A stretch of 64,000 bases of DNA from a virus (taxonomy: Duplodnaviria > Heunggongvirae > Uroviricota > Caudoviricetes), in IMG/VR virus record IMGVR_UViG_2713896798_000008; one strand, 5' to 3'. The notes beneath the pieces were generated by a model. That model saw only the letters and a list, made by a program, of their open reading frames with translations, did no database searches and was not told the DNA's origin. The position numbers and the translations under genes were made by a program. This document shows positions 40,555-52,685 of the stretch, one piece after another; the stretch's first letter is position 1, and each line of letters starts with the position of its first letter.

Positions 40555-40788
40555 ATGTCAACGAAGAACAGAACCCGCAGAACAACAACCCGCAACATCC
40601 GCTTTCCTAACCAAATGATTGAACAAATTAACATCGCTCTTGAGCAAAAAGGGTCCGGGAATTTCTCAGCCTGGGTCATTGAAGCCTGCCGCCGGAGACT
40701 GTGCTCAGAAAAAAGAGTTTCTTCTGAAGCAAACAAAGAAAAGAGTGACATTACTGAATTGCTCAGAAAACAGGTCAGACCAGATTGA
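40555..40788 (+). CDS. YnfO-like small basic protein
   Basis: 77-aa ORF at Qin-like position next to cos. Confidence 0.5.
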   Translation: MSTKNRTRRTTTRNIRFPNQMIEQINIALEQKGSGNFSAWVIEACRRRLCSEKRVSSEANKEKSDITELLRKQVRPD

Positions 40789-40830
40789 AGCAATTTAGAT
40801 AATCGTGCAGACTACGCCCCCTCATATCAC

Positions 40831-41256
40831 ATGGAAGGTTTATCTATGGATCAGGTAGTCATTTTTAAACAAATATTTGATAAAGTTCGAAACGATTTAA
40901 ACTATCAATGGTTTTATTCTGAGCTAAAACGTCACAATGTCTCACATTACATTTACTATTTAGCCACAGAGAATGTTCATATTGTATTAAAAAATGATAA
41001 TACAGTGTTATTAAAGGGCCTAAAAAACATTGTGTCTGTCAAATTTTCAAAGGATAGGCATCTTATAGAAACGACCTCTAATAAGCTGAAATCCAGAGAG
41101 ATCACATTTCAGGAATACAGAAGAAACCTTGCTAAAGCAGGAGTTTTTCGGTGGGTTACAAATATCCACGAACAAAAAAGATATTACTATACCTTTGATA
41201 ATTCATTACTATTTACTGAAAGCATCCAGAAAACTACACAGATCTTACCACGCTAA
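40831..41256 (+). CDS. ydfO: YdfO-like protein (DUF1398)
   Basis: 141-aa ORF; synteny with Qin ydfO. Confidence 0.6.
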
Positions 41257-41407
41257 ACCATAACGTCCGGCTTCTCTCACTCCTGAGCCGGACTGCATTG
41301 GTTTAATAAAAACCATCAACAATTGTGATTTAGATATTCGGAACCATTCAAATATAACAAAACCCCGTAAAAACGAGGTTTATGGATAAATTTTATTATT
41401 GAATACA

Positions 41408-41581
41408 TCAGATTAAATTAATCTTGACATCATAGCTTTCAAGACCCGTCATTTTTTCCCGTGCGGTAAACTGAATACTGGTAACTTCTTTCCCGGTCTT
41501 TTTCTTAAGTTCAATAATTTTTTTTGTTATATATTCAGAAATATCTGCTTCTGCTTTTGTTTTTAAGTTTTCAATATTCAT
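41408..41581 (-). CDS. gnsB: GnsB/GnsA-family small protein
   Basis: Not in ORF track (57 aa): MNIENLKTKAEADISEYITKKIIELKKKTGKEVTSIQFTAREKMTGLESYDVKINLI. Confidence 0.7.
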   Translation of the reverse strand: MNIENLKTKAEADISEYITKKIIELKKKTGKEVTSIQFTAREKMTGLESYDVKINLI

Positions 41582-41752
41582 CATTTCCTCTTTTAGTCTG
41601 TTATGACTTTCCAGTTACACAGTAAGTCGATTATATGGTGCAAACGTGTAAAAGATAAGATGAAACATCGCAATAATCAACATACGATAGTCTAAATTTT
41701 ACACAAACAGACAAAGAGAATTTTCCTGAATTATCAATGCAATAGCATCAAA

Positions 41753-42025
41753 TCAACTCAAGAGCCTTATTGCTGCTTCCAGAATTTCTTCTGAAGTAAC
41801 ATGTCGATCCGCGGCTACATAAATGACTTTATGATCTCCGGTCAGAGATGGAAACCCTGCGGCCATTACAGTAAGGTGTGTTTTTTCGCCATTTGGATAT
41901 TCACGCATGATGGTGTTAACTCCAGTCATCGCTGGCACTACCACTGCTGGTTCAGAGTTAAAAAAAACTATGATTTTTTTCATGATGTTACCGTAGTATG
42001 TGAGTATCCATCGAATAGACACCAA
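41753..42025 (-). CDS. Hypothetical prophage protein
   Basis: ORF with probable internal start MKKIIVFF; position between gnsB and cspI. Confidence 0.4.
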   Translation of the reverse strand: MVSIRWILTYYGNIMKKIIVFFNSEPAVVVPAMTGVNTIMREYPNGEKTHLTVMAAGFPSLTGDHKVIYVAADRHVTSEEILEAAIRLLS

Positions 42026-42254
42026 GCAAAAAAGCTCCCGAAGGAGCCTTCATTTTCACTTTTTTAAATCCAACGACAGACGGCTGGCATTTAAGTATTG
42101 TGAAATATTATCAAATGTAATCATCATTGATTTACAAAAGATACATTTTGCCCCGAAAGGATTCATGTCAGAAACATCAAAAGATGATGTTCTATACTGG
42201 GAACCATGACAACACGGGCATCTAAAGTGAATATGGTTTGTAATATTGTCTACC

Positions 42255-42467
42255 TCAAAGCGCCACTACATGAACAGCGGCAGGACCTTTAGGTCCGTTC
42301 TCAATACCAAATTCAACTTCCTGATTCTCAGTTAATGTTTTGAAATCGTTGCTCTGAATTGCTGAGAAATGGACAAACACATCTTTGCTGCCATCTTTCG
42401 GCGTGATGAAACCAAAACCTTTTTCAGGGTTAAACCATTTCACTAAACCAGTCATTTTGTTAGACAT
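42255..42467 (-). CDS. cspI: Cold shock protein CspI-like
   Basis: 70-aa CSD protein [21 protein letters not shown]. Confidence 0.85.
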   Translation of the reverse strand: MSNKMTGLVKWFNPEKGFGFITPKDGSKDVFVHFSAIQSNDFKTLTENQEVEFGIENGPKGPAAVHVVAL

Positions 42468-42829
42468 AATTATTACCTTTTGAAGAAATTAGCCCTTGGG
42501 CAGAATGGTCCGAAAAAAAATATCAGAGAGAAAAACCAACAAGGAAATCTCAAGAGGTACAAATAATAAAATTATAACAATGACTGCTTCAGATAAATTT
42601 GTAACAAACCAGAACACCATTAACGCATGATTAACCACCCATAGCAAGGATTACTTTTGTAAAGAAAAACACAGCAATGAAAGAATGGCTTTATTTATTA
42701 ATAAAACGTGTCATTCTGATTAAGACCTTTTATCTTACCCTTAAGATTTCAGGAATTTTGGCTCATGGAAGAGTCCTTTTTATTTAAATTTTACATTCCG
42801 CGATGTAAATGTTCCGATTTAATATTACC

Positions 42830-43853
<1,024 letters not shown>

Positions 43854-43857
<4 letters not shown>

Positions 43858-44165
43858 AGATATTTATGATGAGGACGCTCGTGCTTATTGGCAGGATTTT
43901 CAATCTTAAAGGAGTACTGATGCTGCAGATAAGACTCAACTTTTTCTGACAATTTTTCTGCTACTTCCAGGAAGACTTGCCGGACGCTCCTTCTGGCTGC
44001 TGCCTCATAAAACTCCAGCGCAGCTCCTTCAACACGGTCCATGGCGACATCCAGGTCAAAAATTTCACCGTCAAAGCGTTCTTTGTCCTGTAAGGCTACA
44101 GTTACCGTAACTTTATTCTCAAAATTACGGACTCCTTTCACAACCAGTTCATAGTCTTGAGTCAT
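43854..44165 (-). CDS. ydfR: YdfR-like protein between holin and endolysin
   Basis: 103-aa ORF at Qin ydfR position. Confidence 0.65.
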
Positions 44166-44169
44166 TGGA

Positions 44170-44385
44170 TTACTCTCCTCTCGCAGCCTTACGCCTGTCT
44201 TCTTTAATCTTGAAATAAAGATTTGTCAGATACGTCAGCAGGCCAAAAACCAGGCTACCCAGCACACCGATTGCAGCCCACTGTGACGGAGTTACTTTAT
44301 CGAGTAACTGCAATGCCCAGAAACCAGCATTACCCGCCGATGTGCCATAGGCAACACCTGTTGTTAACTTATCCATTGATTTCAT
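44170..44385 (-). CDS. Pinholin S21-type with dual-start motif MKSMDK
   Basis: 71-aa product [18 protein letters not shown]...[13 protein letters not shown]; two Met separated by Lys-Ser. Confidence 0.85.
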   Translation of the reverse strand: MKSMDKLTTGVAYGTSAGNAGFWALQLLDKVTPSQWAAIGVLGSLVFGLLTYLTNLYFKIKEDRRKAARGE

Positions 44386-44604
44386 ATCCTCACCCCGATG
44401 TACACGGATGGTGCAATATGTTTGAAAAGATCGGAGTCTACGGGGTAGTTTTGACAGCACACGTTGTTCTCAACGGCGCTAAAAAAACATACACATTAAA
44501 AATGTGGGTAATTATTTTGAAAGAAAGTCATATATAAAATAATAATACGAGAAATGTTTTCATATTTAGTGTACTGTATACGGCCATTTATACAGGAAAA
44601 GCCT

Positions 44605-44775
44605 ATGTCAGAACGTAAAAACTCAAAATCACGCCGTAATTATCTCGTTAAATGTTCCTGCCCAAACTGCACCCAAGAGTCAGAACACAGTTTTTCAAGA
44701 GTACAAAAAGGTGCCCTTTTGATCTGCCCTCATTGCAACAAAGTATTCCAGACAAATCTTAAAGCTGTAGCCTGA
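44605..44775 (+). CDS. Small C4 zinc-ribbon protein
   Basis: CSCPNC...CPHCNK motif in 56-aa product. Confidence 0.35.
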   Translation: MSERKNSKSRRNYLVKCSCPNCTQESEHSFSRVQKGALLICPHCNKVFQTNLKAVA

Positions 44776-45138
44776 TTGATTTTATTAGTAACAAGTATTT
44801 TTTATATTTTAATAATATATTTAAAGCAGATAATAAAAAACCCGCCTGAGCGGGTTTGAGATTGTGGTGCTTTTTGTGGGAGTCATCCACTTACGCACTT
44901 TGTTTTGCCATGCCAGCAGTTAGCTTCTGCTGTAAAACTATTCATGCAGCAAACCTGCACTTCACCACAATGGTTAGCATACTTTTCCTGATTAAGATTT
45001 TGCCAAATATGCTAGCCATTGTTTCATGTATTGGACCTCCTTACTTTTTATTAAAGAGATCCAATATTCACTACTCTGTCCGTATCTCTACTCAGGCATC
45101 AGCCTTCTTCGTTATCGTATACAGACGAGCGATGAATT

Positions 45139-45354
45139 TTAATCAGTAATGATGACATTTGCTGCTGCAGGACCTTTAGCACCACTCTCTATAGAGAAGG
45201 TAACCTTTTGACCTTCAAATAAGGTTCGATAATTATCATTCTGAATCGCAGAAAAATGCACAAACACATCTTTACTACCATCAACAGGAGAAATAAAGCC
45301 GAAACCTTTATCAGCGTTAAACCATTTTACTAAACCAGTCATTTTATTTGACAT
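45139..45354 (-). CDS. cspB: Cold shock protein CspB-like
   Basis: 71-aa CSD protein. Confidence 0.85.
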   Translation of the reverse strand: MSNKMTGLVKWFNADKGFGFISPVDGSKDVFVHFSAIQNDNYRTLFEGQKVTFSIESGAKGPAAANVIITD

Positions 45355-45654
45355 TCTACATTCCTTAACTTGAGCCTTTCGGCATAAATGGTTTGCATAA
45401 CAGAAACGACTTCGTACTTAATTGGAGAGACTCAAAGAAGGAATAAGTGAATAACACCTGAAATGAGAACTGCTTTAGTAAACTACTTCGTATATCGTCT
45501 GTTCTTCAAACCGACGCAATCATTAACGCATAGTTGAACATATGAAGCAATGTTTATTTTAGACATCCAGCCATCTTCAACCCCATCAAAAAACTATAGC
45601 TTTCTTCAGGAACGTGTGTATAGTGCGCCAAGTTATCAGTATTAAGGAATTTTT

Positions 45655-45867
45655 TTGTCCCGTAAAATGACAGGAATTGTCAAAACCTTTGACGGCAAAA
45701 GCGGCAAGGGTCTTATCACCCCATCCGATGGTCGTATCGATGTCCAGCTTCATGTTTCAGCGCTCAATCTCCGCGATGCAGAAGAAATTACCACCGGATT
45801 ACGCGTGGAATTTTGCCGGATAAATGGTCTGCGTGGCCCTTCAGCTGCCAATGTTTACCTTTCATGA
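45655..45867 (+). CDS. cspF: Cold shock protein CspF-like
   Basis: 70-aa divergent CSD protein [19 protein letters not shown]. Confidence 0.8.
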
Positions 45868-46288
45868 GCTATATTAAAGCTTTAATTTCAGGCCCCATCG
45901 GATCACACATGGAGAGTTTTTATGAATAACCCCGTCTGTCTTGATGACTGGTTGATTGGCTTTAAAAGCTTATGCTGTACTTTGGCCGTAATAGCTCTGC
46001 TAATAATATAATAAGCAGACTCATTGTGTTTAGGGACATTGTACTGGAAGAAAACATTTTAAACATCAGGCAAATAACCAAGTCACCAGCTAAATAATAA
46101 GTTAACAGACATGAGTCCCGGGATGAGATTCAACATTACCATTGCCCCATTTAAAGCACAAAACCCGCTCATCAGCGGGTTTTCTACTTTTTCTTAACGT
46201 CGGGTATACAAAGCCCATCGTTGAAAAAATTTTATCCATATTTTTTGAAAAATGCAAACATCATGTCGCCATCTTCAGCAAAAATCAT

Positions 46289-47071
46289 TTATCTCGTCAC
46301 CTTCCTCAATTGCGCTTCCGCGTATGCTTCTTCCTGCCAGCACTTTGTTACCAGTTTACCAATGACGTCCGCATACCCCTTATACCACTGATAATCGGTC
46401 AGGTCTGGTACCAGCTTCTGGACATGACGTCGTGCCAGCGTGGTCGGTAAACGACTAAACCGGTTTCCATTACAACGCCCACAAATCTTATATACCGGTA
46501 CGCCATGAAACCGGGTTCTTTTTTCATCCAGAACAATCCCTTTACCCTTACACCCTCTGCACGCTGTGCTGGCTTCGCCCTTACCATGGCAATGCTGACA
46601 TAGTTCCTTCACCCATTCTTCCTTGATTACAGATTCCCCGCGTCTGTAGTGTTTCACCACTTCGCGCAATACATTATAAAATCCCGTACCTGAACAATGC
46701 TCACAGCGAGCCTTACTTGCCGCAGACCTGGAGTAATCAGCAAAGGCAAAACTCACGAGGTAAGGAATAATCTGTAACCGGATTTCTTCACTCAATTTGT
46801 TCAATGTCGGGTTATCCAGTGCCATCGCGTAATTTAGCAGGCCTTCAATCGCAAACTGAGGGTCCTGAACACCAACTTTTGCCAGAAATAAGGCCAACCC
46901 AAGTGGTGCTTTCGACTGCACCATCCCCTGCGCTGCCATTACATCCGTAATTGTTAAACAACCGGTGCCTGTCGCTGGAGCGTCATCGCTCAATTTTGGA
47001 GATTTTGGGGAGTAATATTTTGGTAAGGCTTCAAGGTTCATGCTCGTTCTCCACTTACGCCAGTACGCCAA
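46289..47071 (-). CDS. Late antiterminator Q (zinc-finger type, QuuQ-like)
   Basis: Cys clusters CEHCSGTG, CQHCHGKG, CRGCKGKG, CGRCNGN; true start may be Met at 47041. Confidence 0.8.
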   Translation of the reverse strand: MAYWRKWRTSMNLEALPKYYSPKSPKLSDDAPATGTGCLTITDVMAAQGMVQSKAPLGLALFLAKVGVQDPQFAIEGLLNYAMALDNPTLNKLSEEIRLQIIPYLVSFAFADYSRSAASKARCEHCSGTGFYNVLREVVKHYRRGESVIKEEWVKELCQHCHGKGEASTACRGCKGKGIVLDEKRTRFHGVPVYKICGRCNGNRFSRLPTTLARRHVQKLVPDLTDYQWYKGYADVIGKLVTKCWQEEAYAEAQLRKVTR

Positions 47072-48143
47072 TTGCCAGCGCGCGATCGATAAAACGAAAT
47101 ATCAGCTCCAGTTGGGAGCCATACTTATCTTCAAATGCCACTGTATCCGTATGCAGCTCGTTGTGATGCTTTCTGCACAAAGGCAACACAAAGAGATCAT
47201 GTGCTTTTGTTCCCATTCCGCCCTGCCCGTGACCAATCAGATGATGCGGATCGTCGGCTGGCATACCGCAGCAAGCACACGGCTGTGTCTTAACCCAACG
47301 TGTGTATTTCTCCTTAACCCAGCGGCGACGTTTAGGCAGCTTCATGAAAGATTCCGGAGACTCTGGATCAACGGTGATGCTTACCACCGTCTTTTCCTGT
47401 GGTGATTTTTGTTGCTGGTGGGCGTAAGGCAACGGTGCAAGATTTTTTGTGCGTTGTTTCAATATGCTGGTGGCGGTCTGCTCTCCCGGTACGATGTCGC
47501 TTTCGCGGTACACCGAGCAGATTTTTTCCGCTGGTAATCCCAGCGAACGACGCGATACAGCCTCAGGTAGTGCATCCACCACCTGATTGCAGACCGCCCA
47601 CCAGGATAATTCAGCCAAAGATAATTCCCGCTCCTGCGTACCGCTTATTGCGTGACGGATGACGTCAATCACCCATGCTGTCAGATTTTGTTGAGCAAGC
47701 AGCTCCAGTGATTCCGATGTCTGGTCACGCAGTTGGTTGTCGCAGTGCCAGCACAACACCATTGCGCCGGTACCATAACGGTGAATGACTGTTTCAGTGT
47801 GATGGTAATCGCCATTAGGCCACTGGCAGGATGTAACATGACGTAATAGCCAGTCGGACAATGCGCCAACGCCGCCAGCAGCACGAATCACCCGTTCGTT
47901 ACTAAAAAACGGCAGCAATGTTTTGTCTTCCGCCAGCGGCTGGCGAACGGCAGGAACGACTCCGGATGGCAGATTACGCATGCTTTTTGGTTCCGGTTCC
48001 ACCAGCACTCGAGGATTATGAAATATCTGTATGGATTCACGGCCCGGCTTAAGGACCACCAGCCCAAGCTCAGGCACCAGAACAGGTCTAAGTAATACCC
48101 GCACGTTACCTCCAGATCCGTTGCTGGAAAGTGCGGGACGCAC
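47055..48143 (-). CDS. ydfU: DUF968-family protein with HNH-like motif (YdfU-like)
   Basis: Paralog of 21904-22953; start may be downstream GTG aligning with A copy. Confidence 0.7.
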   Translation of the reverse strand: MRPALSSNGSGGNVRVLLRPVLVPELGLVVLKPGRESIQIFHNPRVLVEPEPKSMRNLPSGVVPAVRQPLAEDKTLLPFFSNERVIRAAGGVGALSDWLLRHVTSCQWPNGDYHHTETVIHRYGTGAMVLCWHCDNQLRDQTSESLELLAQQNLTAWVIDVIRHAISGTQERELSLAELSWWAVCNQVVDALPEAVSRRSLGLPAEKICSVYRESDIVPGEQTATSILKQRTKNLAPLPYAHQQQKSPQEKTVVSITVDPESPESFMKLPKRRRWVKEKYTRWVKTQPCACCGMPADDPHHLIGHGQGGMGTKAHDLFVLPLCRKHHNELHTDTVAFEDKYGSQLELIFRFIDRALAIGVLA

Positions 48144-48384
48144 GTGGTGGGCGTTCGGAATAAGGCAGCCTGACAGAGATTATCCAGTGCCGATAGTCGA
48201 GACTGAGAGCTTTCTTAACCTCGAACCCGCGCCTGCGGTAAGAATGAATCAGCCATTCGGCCTGTTCTGCAGTGCATGGAGGGTGCTGGAACCATTCAGA
48301 CTTGAATGCGTGAGAATACCGCCCGTGCGTGCAGGCAAGAACGGGCGAATTATCAGAATTGTAATATTTTGCGTTGCGTGCCAT
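48106..48384 (-). CDS. Conserved small prophage protein (paralog of 22955-23233)
   Basis: 92-aa ORF sharing C-terminus with A copy. Confidence 0.5.
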   Translation of the reverse strand: MARNAKYYNSDNSPVLACTHGRYSHAFKSEWFQHPPCTAEQAEWLIHSYRRRGFEVKKALSLDYRHWIISVRLPYSERPPRASRTFQQRIWR

Positions 48385-48450
48385 CGGTTTTCTCCGGTGG
48401 CACGGTGTTACTCAGCGGGAGTTCAGCCCCGCGCAAGATTGTAGATGAGT

Positions 48451-48702
48451 TTATTCTCCTGAAAAAGCAGAAAAGCCAGCTTTTATTCCGATCTCTTTCA
48501 ATGCCTGTAATGAAGTGACAAACTCACCTTCGCGCAAGATAAATCCGTCCGTGACCCGAGCATCCACAAAATTAATTAACGCAGCCCCATTCTTTCGCAA
48601 ACACATAATGCGGTAATGACTAACAAGATTTCCATTTTCAACGCACACAGCATAGAGGCCATCTTCACAAAAAATTTTACGCAGTTCTTCGATGTTCATC
48701 AT
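48451..48702 (-). CDS. Hypothetical protein
   Basis: 83-aa ORF between rem-like gene and hokD. Confidence 0.4.
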   Translation of the reverse strand: MMNIEELRKIFCEDGLYAVCVENGNLVSHYRIMCLRKNGAALINFVDARVTDGFILREGEFVTSLQALKEIGIKAGFSAFSGE

Positions 48703-48918
48703 CAGAATCCTTCCGGATAATTAGCTCTCCCCTTTAAGGGACCATCCCTCTTATCCCTGCGCGCTACTTAAGTATTTTTGATTCTATTCCGGCACCGTCC
48801 AGAACTTCAAACGCGTTGAAAATAAAAACAAAAACCCGCCGAAGCGGGTTAAGTGCGGGTGCGTTGAGGATGCCTGCCACATCAGAGGTGGCGAGGGATT
48901 TCTCCCCCGCCGGGTCTC

Positions 48919-49074
48919 TTACTCCTCAGGTTCGTAAGCTGTGAAGACAGCGACCTCCGTCTGGCCGGTTCGGATTCGTACCTCGCAGAGGTCTTTCCTC
49001 GTTACCAGTGCCGTCACTATGACGGTTAAACAGATGACGATCAGGGCGATTAACATCGCCTTTTGCTGCTTCAT
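48919..49074 (-). CDS. hokD: Hok-family small membrane toxin (HokD/RelF-like)
   Basis: Not in ORF track (51 aa): MKQQKAMLIALIVICLTVIVTALVTRKDLCEVRIRTGQTEVAVFTAYEPEE. Confidence 0.8.
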   Translation of the reverse strand: MKQQKAMLIALIVICLTVIVTALVTRKDLCEVRIRTGQTEVAVFTAYEPEE

Positions 49075-49145
49075 AGCCTGCTTCTCCTGTCAACGCAAAG
49101 CAGAAGTGTCACCTTCGGTGCGAAACAGAGATGTCATGCTTTGGT

Positions 49146-49433
49146 TCAGAGAATGCGTTTGACCGCCTCGCTATATACTTCCGAGCGTTCTCTTTTCCCA
49201 ACAGAAATCACGAAAACGACAACTTTCTCGTCTATAACCTGGTATACAAGGCGATAGCCTGAAGACCGGAGCTTAATCTTGTAACAATCAGGCATACCAC
49301 GGAGCTTGTTTGCTTCAATCCGGGGTGACTCAAGTACTTCAACCAGCTTCTTTTTCAACTGTTCACGTACCGTCGAGCCCAGCTTTCGCCATTCCTTTAG
49401 TGCCCGCTCGTCAAAATCCAGAAAATACGCCAT
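49146..49433 (-). CDS. relE: RelE mRNA interferase toxin
   Basis: 95-aa ORF, RelE-like. Confidence 0.9.
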   Translation of the reverse strand: MAYFLDFDERALKEWRKLGSTVREQLKKKLVEVLESPRIEANKLRGMPDCYKIKLRSSGYRLVYQVIDEKVVVFVISVGKRERSEVYSEAVKRIL

Positions 49434-49672
49434 CAGAGTTCATCCAGCGTCACACGTACTGGCTTAGGATTACGAAGCCGTTCTTTCACTATCTCCACAA
49501 GTTCAGCATCTTCATCACTCAGGAGTGTCTGTTTGAACGGCAAGCGTTCATTGTCAGCGATATACTCGAGCATGAGACGAAGCGCTTCAGAAGGAGTTAC
49601 ACCCATTTTTTCAAGCGCGGCGTAAGAACGCGCTTTAAGTTCATCGTCAATACGCAGGTTAATGCTACCCAT
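49433..49672 (-). CDS. relB: RelB antitoxin
   Basis: 79-aa ORF overlapping relE start. Confidence 0.9.
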   Translation of the reverse strand: MGSINLRIDDELKARSYAALEKMGVTPSEALRLMLEYIADNERLPFKQTLLSDEDAELVEIVKERLRNPKPVRVTLDEL

Positions 49673-49683
49673 GTCTTACACCT

Positions 49684-49709
49684 CTTGTAATTACAAATGT
49701 CATTACAAG
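49684..49709 (-). promoter_or_regulatory. relBE operator (relO): palindrome TTGTAATTACAA plus adjacent TGTCATTACAAG repeat
   Basis: Perfect 12-bp palindrome at 49685-49696 immediately upstream of relB start. Confidence 0.6.
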
Positions 49710-50154
49710 TATCGCACTACAACATGCTTAGGGCAAGTCACGAAGGAAGTCAGAAAGTAGTCGTAAGAACGGTGATCACTGTCCGCTTTGTGCCAGGAGC
49801 AGCCATTGCTAAGTCCATCCTGTATTGTGCAGGTCAGCTCGTTTTTAAAGAGTCCGGCCATCATCTTACTGGTACAGACACCATATACTTTGTGACGGTC
49901 AGGCTACATATGCACAACTCAACTTATTCATCTATTTTTTGCTTTAGCATGTCAGTGTTGCTTTCTCGTCGGCGGGTGAGCGGTGACCTGACCTGTCGAT
50001 AAAGGAACGTAACACGTTTTATGCAACACCCGCATGCGGCAGAAAATTATTGCCGAACGTTTACCCCTGTCAACAAGCTTTACTTTCTGAGGCGCGCCAG
50101 CCCGCGAGGAAAACAATCTGAACATCAAACAATTAATGACACAAGAAATACGAT

Positions 50155-50181
50155 TAAAGATTTTTTTGTGCATGCCGATAG
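50155..50181 (+). promoter_or_regulatory. Sigma28 (FliA)-type promoter TAAAGATT-N11-GCCGATAG upstream of flxA
   Basis: Matches consensus TAAAGTTT-N11-GCCGATAA with correct spacing, 25 bp upstream of ATG at 50207. Confidence 0.6.
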
Positions 50182-50206
50182 TGCTTTTTTAAAAGGAGAA
50201 ATCTAT

Positions 50207-50248
50207 GTCTGTCACAATTCAGGGAAATACCTCAACCGTTATTTCAAA
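50207..50248 (+). pseudogene. flxA: flxA-like gene 5' fragment, truncated by IS66 insertion
   Basis: ATG with GGAG SD encodes MSVTIQGNTSTVIS then runs into IS terminal repeat GTAAGCG. Confidence 0.5.
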
Positions 50249-50285
50249 GTAAGCGTGCAGCAAGAACCGTATTGACGGGGATGTG

Positions 50286-51824
50286 TTATTCAGTCGGCAG
50301 TGCTACGCGCCAGGGGAGCAGTTCGCCGACCCGGTTTATCGGCCAGTCGGCTATGACGTCAAGGACATAGCGGAGGTAGCTTTCTGGCTCCACTCCGTTC
50401 AGTTTGCACGTCCCGATCAGGCTGTACAGCAGCGCTCCCCGCTCTCCTCCATGATCCGAACCGAAGAACAGGTAGTTTTTGCGGCCCAGACTGACCATCC
50501 GCAACGCATTTTCAGCGATGTTATTGTCCGCCTCAGCCCAGCCATCATCTGCATAGTACGTCAGCGCCGGCCACTGGTTCAGGGCGTATGCGAACGCTTT
50601 CGCCAGTTCTGAGTGTCGCGACAGGGTTTTCATCTTTTCACGCAGCCAGCTTTCCAGGGATTTCAGCAGCGGTTTCGTTTTCAACTGACGTTCGGCAAGG
50701 CGCTGCTCCGCCGTCATTCCCCTTATCTCTGCCTCGATGGCGTACAGTTCGCCGATCCGTTTCAGCGCTTCCTCCGTCAGGGCTGACGGGGTGCGAACGT
50801 GCACATCGTGGATTTTACGGCGGGCGTGAGCCCAACAGGCGGCTTCCGTTATCCGGCCATCCCGGTACAGCTCGTTGAACCCGGCGTATGCATCCGCCTG
50901 CAGTACACCACTGAACCCCGCAAGATGGGTCTGCGGATGGATGCCTTTTCTGTCCGGGCTGTAAGCGAACCACACCGCCGGCGCCAGCGTTGACCCGGCG
51001 TTACGGTCGTCACGAACGTAGGTCCATAACCGCCCGGTCTTCGTTTTCTTATTGCCTGGCAACAGCACCGGGACAGGCGTGTCATCAGCATGGAGCTTAC
51101 CGTCAGTCAGCACATAGTCCTGAAGCGCTTCTTCCAGCGGTGACAGTAGCCGGCAGCATGCATCCACCCAGCCCGACAGCAGTGAACGACTCAGCTCCAC
51201 GCCCTGGCGGCCGTACATTTCAGACTGGCGGTACAGCGGGGTGTGCTCTGCATACTTTGAGATCAGCACGCGGGCCAGCAGCCCCGGTCCTGCGATACCC
51301 CGCTCGATGGGCCGTGAAGGCGCGGGGGCCTGCACGATGGCATCGCACTGAGTACAGGCATGCTTTTCACGTACAGTCCGGATAACCCGGAAGACGCTGC
51401 GCATCAACTCCAGCTGTTCGGCGGCATCCTCACCCAGATAGCTCAGTGAGCCTCCACATTCCGGGCAGCATGACGCTGCCGGCAGCAGCCGTTTTTCATC
51501 GCGGGGGAGTGATTCGGGGAACGGTTTGCGGGTGCGGGTTTGACGCAGCGGGCGCTGCACGGCCGGGTCGTCAACCCGACCGGTAAGGGTATCACTTTCT
51601 TTCTGAAGTGCCTTCAGGTCAGCTTCCATCTGTGCGATACGACGGGAGACTTTTTCGGAGCGGCTGCCGAAGTTCATCCGGCGCAGCTTATCCAGCTGTG
51701 CCTGCAGATGGTCTATTTCGCGTTCACGCTCGTTCAGCTTTTCCAGCAGGGCACGGTTCAGCGCCTCCTGTTCGGCAAGGAGACGTTTCAGTGCATTGAT
51801 ATCGTCAGGAAGTGAGCTGCTCAT
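50286..51824 (-). CDS. IS66-family transposase (TnpC)
   Basis: 512-aa ORF with IS66 transposase features. Confidence 0.85.
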   Translation of the reverse strand: MSSSLPDDINALKRLLAEQEALNRALLEKLNEREREIDHLQAQLDKLRRMNFGSRSEKVSRRIAQMEADLKALQKESDTLTGRVDDPAVQRPLRQTRTRKPFPESLPRDEKRLLPAASCCPECGGSLSYLGEDAAEQLELMRSVFRVIRTVREKHACTQCDAIVQAPAPSRPIERGIAGPGLLARVLISKYAEHTPLYRQSEMYGRQGVELSRSLLSGWVDACCRLLSPLEEALQDYVLTDGKLHADDTPVPVLLPGNKKTKTGRLWTYVRDDRNAGSTLAPAVWFAYSPDRKGIHPQTHLAGFSGVLQADAYAGFNELYRDGRITEAACWAHARRKIHDVHVRTPSALTEEALKRIGELYAIEAEIRGMTAEQRLAERQLKTKPLLKSLESWLREKMKTLSRHSELAKAFAYALNQWPALTYYADDGWAEADNNIAENALRMVSLGRKNYLFFGSDHGGERGALLYSLIGTCKLNGVEPESYLRYVLDVIADWPINRVGELLPWRVALPTE

Positions 51825-51872
51825 ACCGGGTATATTACCAGGCTCATTCAGCGTCGACCAGGATAAAGAGGC

Positions 51873-52220
51873 TTACAACATAGTCAGGGACGTAAGCAGT
51901 CTTTTAGGCTGCCGCCAGTCGATACCTTCAAGGAGCATCGCCAGCTGTGCCGGTGTGAGGAACACTTTGCCATCCCGGGCTGACGGCCAGGCGAAGCGGC
52001 CGCGCTCCAGCCGTTTGGTCAGCAGACACAGTCCATCGCCGGTAGACCAGAGGAGCTTTACCTGACTGCCATTACGCCCACGGAAGATAAAAACGTGACC
52101 TGACATCGGATCGTCTTTCAGCGTCGTCTGCACCTTTGCCGCCAGGCCGTTGAAGCCATTTCTCATATCGGTGATACCGGCAACCAGCCAAATTTTTGTC
52201 CCGGAAGGTAACGGGATCAT
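51873..52220 (-). CDS. IS66 TnpB accessory protein
   Basis: 115-aa ORF MIPLPSGTKIWLVAGITDMRNGFNGLA, IS66 orf2 signature. Confidence 0.85.
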   Translation of the reverse strand: MIPLPSGTKIWLVAGITDMRNGFNGLAAKVQTTLKDDPMSGHVFIFRGRNGSQVKLLWSTGDGLCLLTKRLERGRFAWPSARDGKVFLTPAQLAMLLEGIDWRQPKRLLTSLTML

Positions 52221-52618
52221 CGCTTCAGTTCCTGTATCAGCAGAGTCAGGAGCTTTTCGCTGACATTGCCATTGAAGCGGAGCGTCCCGTGCCGGAACGT
52301 TACCTCACAGCTGATACTGAGGGTTTTCGGGTCCTCTGCGAGCGATTCTGGCTGTTCGGCAGCTGCATCGAGAGTCACAGGAAGTAGCTGGGGGCTCTCT
52401 GAAGAAGGTAATAGCAGCTTTCCCTCGCGCCATTGTTGTCGCCATTTGAACAACAGATTGGCGTTAATGCCATTTTCAAGAGCAAGTTTTGAGATGGATA
52501 TCCCGGGTTCACAGGAGGCAGCAACGAGCTGCTGTTTAAATTCGGGAGGATAATTAGGGCTGCCTTTTCGCCTGCCGGGAGTCACATTTTTCTGCATATC
52601 TGACACTTTGGTTCCCAC
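52217..52618 (-). CDS. IS66 OrfA (HTH accessory protein)
   Basis: 133-aa ORF, overlaps tnpB start. Confidence 0.8.
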   Translation of the reverse strand: MGTKVSDMQKNVTPGRRKGSPNYPPEFKQQLVAASCEPGISISKLALENGINANLLFKWRQQWREGKLLLPSSESPQLLPVTLDAAAEQPESLAEDPKTLSISCEVTFRHGTLRFNGNVSEKLLTLLIQELKR

Positions 52619-52685
52619 TACTTATTTGGTGGACACCACTTTGTCTAATTCGTCAGATTCTGACCAGACGGTTCAGGCTGTACGC